Assembly (NCBI GenBank): GCA_964588995.1
Contig: CAZPQM010000003.1
Span: 120,187-184,186 of the forward strand
DNA length: 64,000 nt
Origin: an uncultured Rickettsiales bacterium
Lineage (GTDB): Bacteria > Pseudomonadota > Alphaproteobacteria > Rickettsiales > UBA8987
Direction: 5' to 3'
The stretch's first letter is position 1. Each line of letters opens with the position of its first letter. The position numbers and the translations under genes were made by a program. Below the pieces are notes generated by a model. The model did not search any database. It was given only the letters and a program-made list of their open reading frames with translations, and was not told where the DNA came from. This document shows, piece after piece, positions 26,900 through 37,022 of the stretch.

Positions 26900-28072
26900 A
26901 TGAAGCAATATGCCTATGTCAACCGGTTCAGCTGTTTAGGCGATACGTGTGAAGATACGTGCTGCAAGGGTTGGGGCATGCAGGTGGATGCCGATACGGT
27001 CAAAAAATACGAGCGGGAAGCCCCGGAATTGCTGGAAGCCGTTACCAGCGGTGAAGCCGAGCATATCATGAAGCGCGACCCGGAGACGGATTATTGCGTT
27101 AAATTTCAGGACGGGTTGTGCAGCATTCATGCGAGTAGGGGGGAGGGGTTTCTCGGTGATGCCTGTCATTTTTTTCCGCGGATTACGCGCGCGTTCGGTG
27201 AAGTGCGGACCATGGCGGCCTCGCTTTCCTGCCCGGAAATTGCCCGCCTGACTCTGCTGGAGGAGGATGCCTTTGAGCGGGTGGAAGAGGATATAGAACG
27301 GCTGCCTTATAGCTTGAAAAATTATTTGCCGGAAGGCATGGCTCCCGAGGACGCACTGACGATACAGGATCAGCTGGTGCAGTTTGCGCTGGATACGGAC
27401 CGCACGCCGGAGCGCGCAGCCGCCAGCCTCATATTGCTACTGTTTACGTTAGAGGGGCGGAAAGAGGCCGACTGGCCGATGACGGTGAAGATGTATCTCA
27501 GTATGGTCGAAAATATGCTGCCTACGCCGCAGAGCAAGCAGGAACTGGACTACTATTTTCTGCTGCAAACCTTGCGCGGGCTAATCTTCGCATCGAAGAA
27601 AACCGCGCGACCACGTCTGGAGGCGACCTTCACACGGATGGAGAAAGCGCTCGGCATGGAGATTGATCGCAACACGCTGGATATTCTGCTCAACCCGCAA
27701 GCGGAAGGGGCAGTCAAACGGCTGGAGGAAGGCTGGAAAAACCATTCTCAGCACGCGCTATTTGCTAACGTGTTGCGGCGTTGGCTAGCCACGCAGTTAA
27801 CCGCAACCAGCCTCCCGTTTTCCGGGTTTGGTCGGGATATGAAGGAAAAGGCGGTGATTCTCGCCGTCCGTTTTGCAACCGTGCGGCTGGCGCTGATGGC
27901 GCTCGCTACCGAGCAGGAAACCGTCGAAGAAAGCGCGATGATTGAAACCGTGCAAAGCCTCGCGCGCTTTATGGATCATTTAAGCGATCCGGAACTCTCG
28001 ATGAATCTTTACCGTGACGCCGAGTGGCTGACTGAAGCACGTCTGCGCGCGCTGGTCGGGGATTTGGCTTAG
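26900..28072 (+). CDS. fliB: FliB-family flagellin lysine-N-methylase
   Basis: N-terminal FSCLGDTCEDTCCKGWGMQVD Cys cluster as in Salmonella FliB (FSC.G..C.D.CCKGW). 390 aa. Confidence 0.7.
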   Translation: MKQYAYVNRFSCLGDTCEDTCCKGWGMQVDADTVKKYEREAPELLEAVTSGEAEHIMKRDPETDYCVKFQDGLCSIHASRGEGFLGDACHFFPRITRAFGEVRTMAASLSCPEIARLTLLEEDAFERVEEDIERLPYSLKNYLPEGMAPEDALTIQDQLVQFALDTDRTPERAAASLILLLFTLEGRKEADWPMTVKMYLSMVENMLPTPQSKQELDYYFLLQTLRGLIFASKKTARPRLEATFTRMEKALGMEIDRNTLDILLNPQAEGAVKRLEEGWKNHSQHALFANVLRRWLATQLTATSLPFSGFGRDMKEKAVILAVRFATVRLALMALATEQETVEESAMIETVQSLARFMDHLSDPELSMNLYRDAEWLTEARLRALVGDLA

Positions 28073-28641
28073 GCGTTGATGCCAAGGCCTTCGCCGCGGG
28101 TAAGGTCGGGTGTGTTACTTGGCGCGAGGTAGCCAAGATTATCGGTAAGTGCCTCACCAGCATAGACAATACCAGCAAACCCTACTACAGCACTCATCAT
28201 TTCCGCGTAATAAGCCGGACGGTCCTGCTCTGCCTCTTCCTGCTGCTTTCTTTGTTCTTCTGCTGCAAGTTTTTGTTGTTGTTCAGTTTCAGCTTGCTGT
28301 TGCGTCTGCTGCGCTGCGTAGGCGGCTTCCTGTGTGGGATTCACATTGGTGCTTCGCTCCTCGAATAAGGCTTTTTCCAGAGCCATGCGATCATCCACAG
28401 GTAACTTTTCAATAAGCTTTTCCGCATTCGGGTGGCTGCGTAAATACTGGTCGAGCTGTTCAATAGCTTGCTGGGCTTCAGGAGTTCCTGCATATTGCTG
28501 AATGTAATTGGCCATCTGCATAAGCCAAATTTCAGTTGCATGATCCTGCTGTGCCTGCAATGCATCATATTCGGCATCACCAGCCGACTGGCCTGTCATC
28601 AGCGCCTCAACCTCGGATCTGTCCTGCACCTGCTGTATCAT
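28069..28641 (-). CDS. hypothetical Gln/Glu-rich protein with C-terminal hydrophobic segment
   Basis: 190-aa ORF, convergent with fliB with 4 nt overlap. No recognisable domain. Confidence 0.45.
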   Translation of the reverse strand: MIQQVQDRSEVEALMTGQSAGDAEYDALQAQQDHATEIWLMQMANYIQQYAGTPEAQQAIEQLDQYLRSHPNAEKLIEKLPVDDRMALEKALFEERSTNVNPTQEAAYAAQQTQQQAETEQQQKLAAEEQRKQQEEAEQDRPAYYAEMMSAVVGFAGIVYAGEALTDNLGYLAPSNTPDLTRGEGLGINA

Positions 28642-28730
28642 CCTGTTTCCTTCAATTTGAATTAAATTATACCATAAAAAGGTGAAGAAAAGGTTAATTG
28701 AATGGCGATCAGTGCATTATTACAAAAGTC

Positions 28731-28949
28731 GTCATTGCGAGCGGCGTAGCCGCGCGGCAATCTGGTGTAGGGGGCAACTAGCCTGAGACGGCCACGGCGT
28801 TAAAACGCCTCGCCGTGACGGAGCCAGCTGCCTGAGATTATGTCGCCTTCGGCTCGTAATGACGGGCATATGGCCTGAGATCACCACGTCGGGCTAAAGC
28901 CCTCCTCGTGATGACGGGCAAGCGATCCTTCGCTTTCGCTCAGGATGAC
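28731..28949. repeat. array of five GTCAT...ATCTC hairpin units downstream of rfbA
   Basis: Units at 28731-28763(+), 28784-28818(-), 28833-28862(-), 28877-28915(-) and 28922-28949(-, the CCTGAGCG...GGATC variant). The array ends 4 nt from the rfbA stop codon. Confidence 0.8.
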
Positions 28950-28953
28950 GGTG

Positions 28954-29838
28954 TTATGACTCCGCTTCAGCGGCTACGAGTCGCAGATAGTCGCCGTAGC
29001 TGTTTTTTCCCGGTTTACCAAAGCGATCGGCGATGTTGAGCAGGTGAGTCTGATCGACCCAGCCTTTGCGGTAAGCGACTTCTTCCGGGCACGAGATTTT
29101 AAGCCCCTGCCGTGCCTCTAACGTTGCGATGAACGCACCCGCTTCGCGCAAAGAGCGCGGCGTGCCCGTATCCAGCCAGGCCGTGCCACGCGCCATTTTT
29201 TGGACCTGCAAGTTGCCCGCATCCATATAATGCTGAATCACATCGACAATTTCCGTTTCTCCGCGTGCGGACGGTTTGACCGCCTTCGCCACGTCCGGCA
29301 CCGTGGCATCAAACATATAGAGCCCTGTCACCGCCCACTTCGAGGTAGGTTGTTGCGGCTTTTCGACAATGGAAGCTGGTTTGCCCGCTTTATCAAACGT
29401 CACCACGCCATAACGCTCCGGATCGGTCACATGGTAGGCGAAAATACTCGCCCCTTCAGTGAGCCCAGCCGCCTCTGTCAGGTTGCCCGTGAGGCCTTGT
29501 CCGTAGAAAATATTGTCACCCAGACACAAGCACACCGGGTCGTTACCTATAAATTCCTCGCCGATAATGAAGGCCTGCGGTAGCCCGTCCGGCGTGGGTT
29601 GCTCGGCATAATGCAGTGAGATGCCGAACTGCGTGCCATCTCCTAGCAGTTGCCGAATCAGCGGTAAGTCGCGCGGTGTGGAGATGATGAGGATATCCTG
29701 AATATCTGCGAGCATCAGTGTTGACAGCGGATAGTAGATCATCGGCTTGTCATAAACCGGCAGCAATTGCTTGCTGATAACCTGCGTCATCGGCCAAAGC
29801 CGCGTACCCGAACCGCCTGCGAGAATAATACCTTTCAT
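28954..29838 (-). CDS. rfbA: glucose-1-phosphate thymidylyltransferase
   Basis: [18 protein letters not shown]...[21 protein letters not shown] 29838 gives the canonical N-terminus. The ORF extends to a GTG at 29886. Confidence 0.92.
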   Translation of the reverse strand: MKGIILAGGSGTRLWPMTQVISKQLLPVYDKPMIYYPLSTLMLADIQDILIISTPRDLPLIRQLLGDGTQFGISLHYAEQPTPDGLPQAFIIGEEFIGNDPVCLCLGDNIFYGQGLTGNLTEAAGLTEGASIFAYHVTDPERYGVVTFDKAGKPASIVEKPQQPTSKWAVTGLYMFDATVPDVAKAVKPSARGETEIVDVIQHYMDAGNLQVQKMARGTAWLDTGTPRSLREAGAFIATLEARQGLKISCPEEVAYRKGWVDQTHLLNIADRFGKPGKNSYGDYLRLVAAEAES

Positions 29839-29882
29839 GATTGCTTTATAACGCGAGTATATTGCGGAGTCGAGTGGGTATA

Positions 29883-30521
29883 TCACCCGCCCGGTGACAA
29901 TATGATGTTCAGGTTGCGCTGATAAGAGCCATTATCCTGCTCAGGTCCGCCTCCAATAGGAACATTGCGGGGAGGCATCTGCGCGCTTTGGGTTTGATCC
30001 AGCAGCTTAACCACAGCCGGGCCAATGGCACGCGCCGCCTCCAGCAGGCTGTTAGCATCTTCAGCCTTACCCACCAGGTTTGCCTCACGGACGATTTCCC
30101 ACGTACTAGCGTCCATCAGCCGCAGGCGTACAACGACGTCCTTACTCATAAACCCATCATCGGCGTGGATGATAAACCCGTCCATGTAGAGCGGCATTTG
30201 ACCGTTTAGGCGGAAGTTACGATTACGTAACTGGGTAGAAATGGATTCGTTCGTGATACGAACTACATCCCTCCCAGCGGAATCGCCGATCATGCTTTGC
30301 ACCGGTGTAAACAAGACACTGTCATAAGGGGGAACTGTACCCGTGTCTGAGACGATATAAAAATCGGAATATCCACCGGCAACGGTTTTGGCGGCTTCGG
30401 AGAATGCCGTGAAATAACAACCGGTTAGATTGAAAGAAAGTGCGATTAATAGGAAAAGGCGGCTAAGGCAGGCCTTGGGACTCTGCTTGTTTCTTGAGAA
30501 CCGTTTCACACCAGTCTCCAT
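29883..30521 (-). CDS. hypothetical lipoprotein
   Basis: 212 aa. Lipobox LSFNLTG-C preceded by a basic n-region. The only canonical start (30521) overlaps the rfbB 3' end by 59 nt. Confidence 0.55.
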   Translation of the reverse strand: METGVKRFSRNKQSPKACLSRLFLLIALSFNLTGCYFTAFSEAAKTVAGGYSDFYIVSDTGTVPPYDSVLFTPVQSMIGDSAGRDVVRITNESISTQLRNRNFRLNGQMPLYMDGFIIHADDGFMSKDVVVRLRLMDASTWEIVREANLVGKAEDANSLLEAARAIGPAVVKLLDQTQSAQMPPRNVPIGGGPEQDNGSYQRNLNIILSPGG

Positions 30522-31509
30522 TATCCAGATACCACTCTACTGTTTGTTTTAACCCATGATTGAATGAAAGGGAAGGATTATAGTGCAATGCATCACGGGT
30601 TTTCGTATCGTCAATAGCATAGCGGCGGTCATGTCCGGGGCGATCCTTCACGAAGGAAATCTGAGCCTTATAGGATGTTTCGTCTGTTTTGGGGTGCAGC
30701 GCATCGAGATGCCTGCATAACAGCTCGACTAACTCCAGGTTGGTCATCTCGGCCCGGCCGCCAAAGTCGTATGCCTCGCCGGGGGCACCTTTAGTGCCGG
30801 CCAGCCAGACACCCCGCGCGTGGTCCTCGACGTAAATCCAGTCGCGCACATTTTGCCCGTCACCATAAACGGGAAGGGGTTTTCCGGCGAGCGCACAGGT
30901 GATCATATGCGGAATCAGCTTTTCCGGGTGCTGACGCGGCCCGTAATTATTGGTGCAGTGGGTCGTGATCGTCGGCAGGCCATAGGTATGGTGCCATGCG
31001 CGCACTAGCAGGTCACCGGCTGCCTTGGATGCGGAATAGGGAGAATTCGGCGCAAGCGGCGAGGCTTCGGTGAACGCGCCTTCTTCGCCAAGTGAGCCAT
31101 AGACCTCATCGGTGGAGACATAAACAAAGCGAAAACCATCGTCCAGCGTTTCAGTCAAATAGCGGCGTGCGGCCTCCAGCAGGCTGTAGGTACCGTTGAT
31201 ATTGGTATCGATAAACGCGCCCGGCCCGGTGATAGAATTATCGACATGGCTCTCGGCGGCGAAATGGAACAGCAGCTTGACCTGATGCGCGTGCAATAAC
31301 TCCAGCACGCCTTCACCATCGCGAATATCACCTTCAATGAAAGTAAGCTTATCCTGATCTTCAATATAATCCAGATTTTCGCGATGCCCGGCATAGGTAA
31401 GCGCATCGAGCACAACGACAGGATAGCCCTCGGCAATGCGCGCACCTACGAAGGCGCTTCCGATAAAGCCGGCACCGCCGGTGACGAGTAGGGTCGGTAA
31501 GGATGACAT
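30463..31509 (-). CDS. rfbB: dTDP-glucose 4,6-dehydratase
   Basis: 348 aa. LVTGGAGFIGSAF, YSASKAAGDLLV (YxxxK), C-terminal TVEWYLDN. Confidence 0.93.
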   Translation of the reverse strand: MSSLPTLLVTGGAGFIGSAFVGARIAEGYPVVVLDALTYAGHRENLDYIEDQDKLTFIEGDIRDGEGVLELLHAHQVKLLFHFAAESHVDNSITGPGAFIDTNINGTYSLLEAARRYLTETLDDGFRFVYVSTDEVYGSLGEEGAFTEASPLAPNSPYSASKAAGDLLVRAWHHTYGLPTITTHCTNNYGPRQHPEKLIPHMITCALAGKPLPVYGDGQNVRDWIYVEDHARGVWLAGTKGAPGEAYDFGGRAEMTNLELVELLCRHLDALHPKTDETSYKAQISFVKDRPGHDRRYAIDDTKTRDALHYNPSLSFNHGLKQTVEWYLDNGDWCETVLKKQAESQGLP

Positions 31510-31535
31510 AGGGTGCTTTTACCGGGCTTCCGAGC

Positions 31536-32534
31536 TTACTTCAAGCAGATGTATTCCGGGTGCGATTTATCGCGGTAATCAAAGCAAATCGGAAACAGGA
31601 ATGCGGTGCTCGATTCCACCTCCGGAATAGCGGGGAACGGGTTAGCCCGGCGCACGGTCGCTTCCATCGCGTCATCAAGAATCGTATGGCCGGTTTTTTT
31701 CACCACTTCCATTGAGCGCACATAGCCGCTGCGGGAGAGTTCGACCTTGATAATGCCTTTGCCGATAATCTGGTTTTTAACGGCTTCGGGCGGATAAATA
31801 CGGAACTGGCGTAAATATTTCGATAGCTCCTGCCCGTAATTTTCCAAAAGTTCCTGCTCCGCCTTCTTATATTCCCCGAGTGTTTCACCTCGCGCGCCCT
31901 GCTTCAATGCGAGATCGCTCATAGCGCGGGCGGGCTGCGCGGTATGATATTGCGGTGATGTGTTGGGCTGATTTCCAGGCGGGGTCTTACGTTGATAGGC
32001 AGGGTGCGTCATCGAAGCTGGTTTGCGCGGCGGCGCTTGCGGGGTAGGCGCAGAAGTGGGGGCTGCCTGATGCGCCGGTTTGGATAGCGCAGGCATCGGG
32101 CTGACAGTCTTAGGAACGTCAACCGGAGGGGATGGTTCAGCCGCTTGCGGCTTCGGCTGCGACGGCTGAGGGATAGGTTGCTGAATATCCGGCAGGCGAT
32201 TCGGTGCTGTATCCCCACGCTTGGCAGGCGGCGAAGGGCTTGGTGGTTCGGGCGTAACAGGACGGGCCGGTGCCGGAGGTTGCGGCGTAGCCGGCAGGCT
32301 GATTTCCTCCTTCTCATGCGGGGTGATACGGCTCGGAAGATGCACCTCGCCCAGCTTGATATTAAGCTCCTTGAATTCAACTTTGACCACCTCCGGCTTT
32401 TCGCGCACCGCCCAGGCGATGAGCAGCAGAAGATGAAGCAGCAGGGCGATTAATACGGCCTGACGAAAGGTAAAGCGATAGGTACTGCGGGCGCGCATAC
32501 GTTCATTAAAGGTGGCGGCAAATCCGGCATTCAT
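31536..32534 (-). CDS. tonB: TonB family energy transducer
   Basis: N-terminal TM anchor, long Pro-rich spacer (PQPPAPARPVTPEPPSPSPP...), and C-terminal TonB domain (YPPEAVKNQIIGKGIIKVELSRSGYV...). Confidence 0.8.
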   Translation of the reverse strand: MNAGFAATFNERMRARSTYRFTFRQAVLIALLLHLLLLIAWAVREKPEVVKVEFKELNIKLGEVHLPSRITPHEKEEISLPATPQPPAPARPVTPEPPSPSPPAKRGDTAPNRLPDIQQPIPQPSQPKPQAAEPSPPVDVPKTVSPMPALSKPAHQAAPTSAPTPQAPPRKPASMTHPAYQRKTPPGNQPNTSPQYHTAQPARAMSDLALKQGARGETLGEYKKAEQELLENYGQELSKYLRQFRIYPPEAVKNQIIGKGIIKVELSRSGYVRSMEVVKKTGHTILDDAMEATVRRANPFPAIPEVESSTAFLFPICFDYRDKSHPEYICLK

Positions 32535-32941
32535 CGGTTTAAATCCATTTGCGTGATAAGCCGGACATCCGACACATCCTCTAGTTTAAGCAATTTCATC
32601 ACCCGTAACAGCTGATCGGCATTAGCTGCCCCATCCGCCTTGACGGAGACGGAGAGCAGCCCTTCCTGCCGTTTGGCATCCTGCAGCATGAGCGTAATTG
32701 CCTTCATATCTGCAGCCGGGCTGTTATTAAACAGAAGCTGGTTATCGCGGGTAATGGCTATTTCAATCAGCGTGGGTGAGAGCGCCTCGCCAGTGCTTGC
32801 GAGCGGTACATCCACTTCCGCTTCATTCGGGTTGATTGCCGTGCCGGAGACCATGAAGAATATCAGCAGCAGAAAAACCACATTGATCAGCGGTACGATA
32901 CTGATTTCCGTCGTTTTTTTCTGTTGATCTTCAAGGGTCAC
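32531..32941 (-). CDS. exbD: biopolymer transport protein ExbD/TolR
   Basis: 136 aa. ISIVPLINVVFLLLIFFMV TM segment and periplasmic domain. Overlaps neighbouring genes by 4 nt. Confidence 0.85.
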   Translation of the reverse strand: MTLEDQQKKTTEISIVPLINVVFLLLIFFMVSGTAINPNEAEVDVPLASTGEALSPTLIEIAITRDNQLLFNNSPAADMKAITLMLQDAKRQEGLLSVSVKADGAANADQLLRVMKLLKLEDVSDVRLITQMDLNR

Positions 32942-33336
32942 TGTTTCGTCTCTACCAGTGTAATATTGCTCGCGCCCAGTTGTCGCACCGTATCCAGCGT
33001 GATGATCATGTCCTGCACAGTGGTGCTGCTCAGATTGGAGAGCGCGATCCTGCTGCTCGGGTTTTGCTCTAACTGCTCGGCAAGCGTTTCCCGAAAGGTG
33101 GCTAGCGACATTTTCTCTCCCTGTAGCATCACCTCATCCGCATTGATACTGATCACGCGAATCAAGGGCTCTTTGCCCTGCTTCGTGCCTTCCGGCGGCA
33201 GGCCAAAATTCAGTTCAATGCCATCATTTCGTTGAAAAGTGGTTGTCAGCATAAAAAACACCAGCAGCAAAAACACCATGTCGATCATCGGGGTCAGGCT
33301 GACTTTGCGCGTATTACGGGTTTCTTTGGAAAACAC
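32938..33336 (-). CDS. exbD: biopolymer transport protein ExbD/TolR (second copy)
   Basis: 132 aa. LTPMIDMVFLLLVFFML. GTG start. Confidence 0.85.
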   Translation of the reverse strand: MFSKETRNTRKVSLTPMIDMVFLLLVFFMLTTTFQRNDGIELNFGLPPEGTKQGKEPLIRVISINADEVMLQGEKMSLATFRETLAEQLEQNPSSRIALSNLSSTTVQDMIITLDTVRQLGASNITLVETKQ

Positions 33337-33469
33337 AGGCTAGCTCGCGCTTGACAGTTTGCAGTGTGCCGCTAAACCGTAGCCACCAGAGCAGTACGCG
33401 CCCTTTAGCCGCGTTAGCATCAGGCGCGTGTGAAAATACCCTCGTATTTTCAAGAAGCGCATCATGGCA

Positions 33470-34156
33470 TTATCCCACCGCATCGGCATCCGGGTTGTAG
33501 CGTGTGCGGCCTTTGAGGTTTACGTCTTCCGAGGTTAGGTTCAGGATGCGTACCGACACATCACGCATATCACCGCGAATACGGTCGATCTTACCGTCAA
33601 AAATATAATGCGCGGCGAGCGCCGGTACGGCCACGGCAAGGCCGGCTACGGTCGTAATAAGCGCGGTCCAGATACCGCCTGCGAGCTCGGACGGATCAAC
33701 CCGCGCGCCCGATTGTTCCAACACGGCAAAAGCGCCGACCATCCCGATAACGGTGCCGAGCAGACCAAGCAGCGGGGCAATATTTGCGACCATTTCCAGC
33801 CCGCGCATATGCGATTCCAGATAGCGCAGCTGGGCGGAACCGGCGCGGTTTATTTCTTCCCGTGCGAGGTCGACCGCGGCCGCAGTGGAGACGCCGGAAC
33901 GTTCGATTGCTTTGAGTGCAGAGAGCATCACCTGCGCGACCGGGTTTTGATCCAGATGGGCGGAGGTCAAATGCTCTTTCAGTTTGTCCCGGTCAATCTT
34001 ACTTTCCAGCTGAGCGAGAAAGAGCGGGTTCAGCGTTTGCATTCGGTAAAACTGGTAGATTTTATAGACAATCACCGCGAGCGTATAGACGGAAAGCAGG
34101 GAGATGATCACCATGACGATCCCACCGCGGTCAAACAGGTCAAATATGGCTTCCAT
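33470..34156 (-). CDS. exbB: MotA/TolQ/ExbB proton channel protein
   Basis: 228 aa, three TM segments. IAPLLGLLGTVIGMVGAF signature. Confidence 0.88.
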   Translation of the reverse strand: MEAIFDLFDRGGIVMVIISLLSVYTLAVIVYKIYQFYRMQTLNPLFLAQLESKIDRDKLKEHLTSAHLDQNPVAQVMLSALKAIERSGVSTAAAVDLAREEINRAGSAQLRYLESHMRGLEMVANIAPLLGLLGTVIGMVGAFAVLEQSGARVDPSELAGGIWTALITTVAGLAVAVPALAAHYIFDGKIDRIRGDMRDVSVRILNLTSEDVNLKGRTRYNPDADAVG

Positions 34157-34295
34157 AATGTTGATTGGCTCCTCTGGCTATTCCCAAACGCACATGAAGG
34201 GTTGAAGTTTTTTGTATAGCCATCTTGCAAAAGACGCAAGCCTTCTCCCGTTGTAAGTTGTTAGGTGGAAGATGCCTATTATCCTTGCGGAGAGT

Positions 34296-34427
34296 GCTAG
34301 GGTGAGGGCGTCATTGCGAGGAGTGAAACGACGAAGCATCTCGTGCGGCTGGGTATATGAGCCTGAGATCGCTTCACTGCGTTCGCGATGACGGGGCAAG
34401 AGATCCTTCGACTTCGCTCAGAATGAC
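34296..34427. repeat. array of three hairpin units downstream of lysA, preceded by a GCTAGGGTGAGGG motif
   Basis: Units at 34310-34343(+), 34364-34391(-) and 34401-34427(-). The array ends 9 nt from the lysA stop. Bases 34296-34308 match the terminal 13-mer of the lpxK element (reverse strand) with one mismatch. Confidence 0.75.
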
Positions 34428-34436
34428 ACTGTAATA

Positions 34437-35690
34437 TCACCAGTCCGGAATAAGATCCTGCCCCAGCAGTTCCTCATAGCTTTGCCGGGGGCGTACGACG
34501 GCAAATAGATCCCCCTTGACCATGACTTCGGCTATCAGCGGGCGGGTGTTGTACGTATTACTCATGACCGCGCCATAGGCCCCTGCGGTGCGGAATGCAA
34601 GCAAATCACCGGCAGCGAGCGGTGGCAGCGCGACATCTTTGCGGAAAATATCAGTTGTTTCACACACGGGGCCGACGATATCGGAAATAACGTGCTCATC
34701 ACTTTGCGCATTTTCAACGGGGATAATATCATGATACGCATCATACAGTGCGGCGCGCATCAGGTCGTTCATGGCGGCATCGACCACCGTGAAGCGCCGG
34801 TGTGAGGTTTCCTTGACCATAATTACTTCCGTTACGAGCAGCCCGGCATTACCGCAGATCATACGCCCCGGCTCCAGCCCCAGCTCGCAGTCCAGCCCTT
34901 GCGTACAGCCAATAACAATCTCTGCATATTCATGTGGCAACGGCGGCGATTCCTTCAGATACGGAATACCAAGCCCACCGCCCACATCAATCCGTTCGAT
35001 CGGATAGCCTTGCTGCTTCAGTTCGGCCACAAGGTTCGCTACCCGCTGGAAGGCGGTCTGAAACGGGGTAAGATCGGTCAGTTGTGAGCCGATATGCGTC
35101 GTGATGCCAACAATCTCGATATGCTCAAGCTTAGCAGCGAGCGCGTAAGCCGAGCGAATATCATCGTAAGGAATACCGAATTTATCATCTTTCCGGCCCG
35201 TTGTGATTTTCTCGTGCGTAATCGCATCGACATCCGGATTGACACGGAGCGCAACGGGCGCCTTTTGCCCGCGTGAACCGGCGACCTCGTTCAGCCGCTC
35301 GAGTTCTTGCACAGATTCGACGTTGAACTGGTAAATACCCACTTCGAGCCCGTAAGCCATTTCCGCTTCGGTTTTCCCTACGCCGGAAAAGACGATATCC
35401 TGCGGTTTGATTCCGGCTGCGAGAGCCCGGCGGATTTCCCCTTCGGACACCGTATCTGCACCGGCGCCCTGTCCGGCAAGTGTTTTAAGCACGGCAAGGT
35501 TGCTGTTGGCTTTGACCGCGAAAAACACCTTTGCGTTGACGCGCGCAAAACTCTCGGCGAATACGGTATAGTGCCGGACGAGCGTCGCATCGGAATAGAC
35601 GTAAAACGGGGTACCGACTGCTTTCGCAATTGCCCGAAGATCAACGCCTTCCGCGTGCAATATATCATTGTGGTAGGTGAAGTGATCCAT
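34437..35690 (-). CDS. lysA: diaminopimelate decarboxylase
   Basis: 417 aa. FFAVKANSNLAVL (PLP Lys), GGGLGIPY, CETTD. Confidence 0.93.
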   Translation of the reverse strand: MDHFTYHNDILHAEGVDLRAIAKAVGTPFYVYSDATLVRHYTVFAESFARVNAKVFFAVKANSNLAVLKTLAGQGAGADTVSEGEIRRALAAGIKPQDIVFSGVGKTEAEMAYGLEVGIYQFNVESVQELERLNEVAGSRGQKAPVALRVNPDVDAITHEKITTGRKDDKFGIPYDDIRSAYALAAKLEHIEIVGITTHIGSQLTDLTPFQTAFQRVANLVAELKQQGYPIERIDVGGGLGIPYLKESPPLPHEYAEIVIGCTQGLDCELGLEPGRMICGNAGLLVTEVIMVKETSHRRFTVVDAAMNDLMRAALYDAYHDIIPVENAQSDEHVISDIVGPVCETTDIFRKDVALPPLAAGDLLAFRTAGAYGAVMSNTYNTRPLIAEVMVKGDLFAVVRPRQSYEELLGQDLIPDW

Positions 35691-35707
35691 GCCGGCGTTG
35701 TTAGCAC

Positions 35708-36793
35708 TTATTGTGGTGTATAGCCAAGTTTTTTTGCTGTTTTACTGGTGGTTTCTTCTATGATACGTTGCTCAGCATCGGAAAAATCGTTTTGATAATA
35801 ATCAGGTGCCTGAATCTTTTCATGGTAATGATCCAACACTGTTTGCTGCACCGGTAAATCACAAAACTGGTTGACAGAGGTTAAAATATCCTCGGTCGCG
35901 CTGCATAATTGTTCGTAGTGTATCAGATGAAGATGAGGCTCCAGCGACTTATCCGCTAACATTGAGAGCACATACTGATATGCCTCGTTCCAGTAAGTGG
36001 CCCACCCATGAACACGATCCATTCGTTCACTGCTTTGCAGGAGTGCGGCAACTTCCTTTTGCTTAGCGTTATCACCGAAAGAGATGATGCGCTTGTTTAG
36101 GCCGAATTCGAAATGCTGTGTGCTGTTTGTATGCAATAAACGACTTGGATGGTTGTGTTGTTCCTCGCTGAATAGTCGATCCTGTTTCAGGCAGGAGGCA
36201 ACAAAATGTGAGGGGTTTCGCACCATAATGATAAATCGTGCATCGGGGAATATAGTATGGAGATAGCGGATACGCGTCAGGCAGTAATTCGCTTTGCTGG
36301 CGTAACGGGTACCCTTTCGGCTGACCAGCAATTTTCTAATATGCTGCCGGTAAAAAGTTTCAAACGCAGTGTCCGAAAAATGCTGATCAAGAACGCGATC
36401 TTGTAGCGGTTCATATTCCGCTAAAAAATATGCCCAGAGGATTTCTTCCATCGATTCGGGACTCTCAGCATTGACTAAAAGGCGATCCCTATGCGCGCGT
36501 TCTTTTAAGGCACCCTGCTTCGTAAAGCGGCATGACAGCTTCTGCCAGAAATAAGGAATGTAGATATAAGGAAAATCGCGGTAGCGGTGGGTCACAACTT
36601 CAGGATGCTGGGCAATATATTCCAGCAGGATAGTGGTTCCGGAGCGTGCGAGCCCTGTGATATATAGGGGTTTTTGTATGAGGGTATGATGCAGTTTCTT
36701 TCGAAGCAGCCTATCTTCAAGACGGCTTAGCGCCAGTAAGATGTCGGGATGGCGTGAAAGATAATGGTTAAGCTTCGCCGTTGTCATCAGCAC
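35708..36793 (-). CDS. PAPS-type sulfotransferase family protein
   Basis: 361 aa. 5'-PSB-like loop YITGLARSGTTILLEYI and 3'-PB-like IIMVRNPSHFVAS. Confidence 0.65.
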   Translation of the reverse strand: MLMTTAKLNHYLSRHPDILLALSRLEDRLLRKKLHHTLIQKPLYITGLARSGTTILLEYIAQHPEVVTHRYRDFPYIYIPYFWQKLSCRFTKQGALKERAHRDRLLVNAESPESMEEILWAYFLAEYEPLQDRVLDQHFSDTAFETFYRQHIRKLLVSRKGTRYASKANYCLTRIRYLHTIFPDARFIIMVRNPSHFVASCLKQDRLFSEEQHNHPSRLLHTNSTQHFEFGLNKRIISFGDNAKQKEVAALLQSSERMDRVHGWATYWNEAYQYVLSMLADKSLEPHLHLIHYEQLCSATEDILTSVNQFCDLPVQQTVLDHYHEKIQAPDYYQNDFSDAEQRIIEETTSKTAKKLGYTPQ

Positions 36794-37022
36794 CGGGCTT
36801 ATCCCTATCAGACAGGGATGATTTTTTGCGCTTTTCTTTCAGCTTGATCATATGCAGCCAGATGAAGGTTGCCCCGGCGACAACAAAGCCGAGGATAATC
36901 GCGATCAACCAAGCGAGGCCCCCTATCACCGGCACCAGATAGGCATAAGCGGGTTGGGGAAACAGCACGATAAGCGCTACGGAAAGAGCACTAATCCAAA
37001 AAGTTAATCGCGTCTTTCGCAT
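36768..37022 (-). CDS. small membrane protein (signal peptide plus one TM helix)
   Basis: 84 aa. ...PAYAYLVPVIGGLAWLIAIILGFVVAGATFIWL followed by a Lys-rich tail. Overlaps both neighbours (32 and 26 nt). Confidence 0.45.
   Translation of the reverse strand: MRKTRLTFWISALSVALIVLFPQPAYAYLVPVIGGLAWLIAIILGFVVAGATFIWLHMIKLKEKRKKSSLSDRDKPGADDNGEA

Noticed and set aside
33340-33465. A 41-codon ORF (MMRFLKIRGYFHTRLMLTRLKGAYCSGGYGLAAHCKLSSAS) that exactly fills the 133-nt exbB-exbD gap.
   Set aside because: It has no SD, an unremarkable basic composition with no hydrophobic segment or known motif, and lies in a GC-rich spacer where a 41-codon open frame is plausible by chance. Kept only as something Ribo-seq could revisit.
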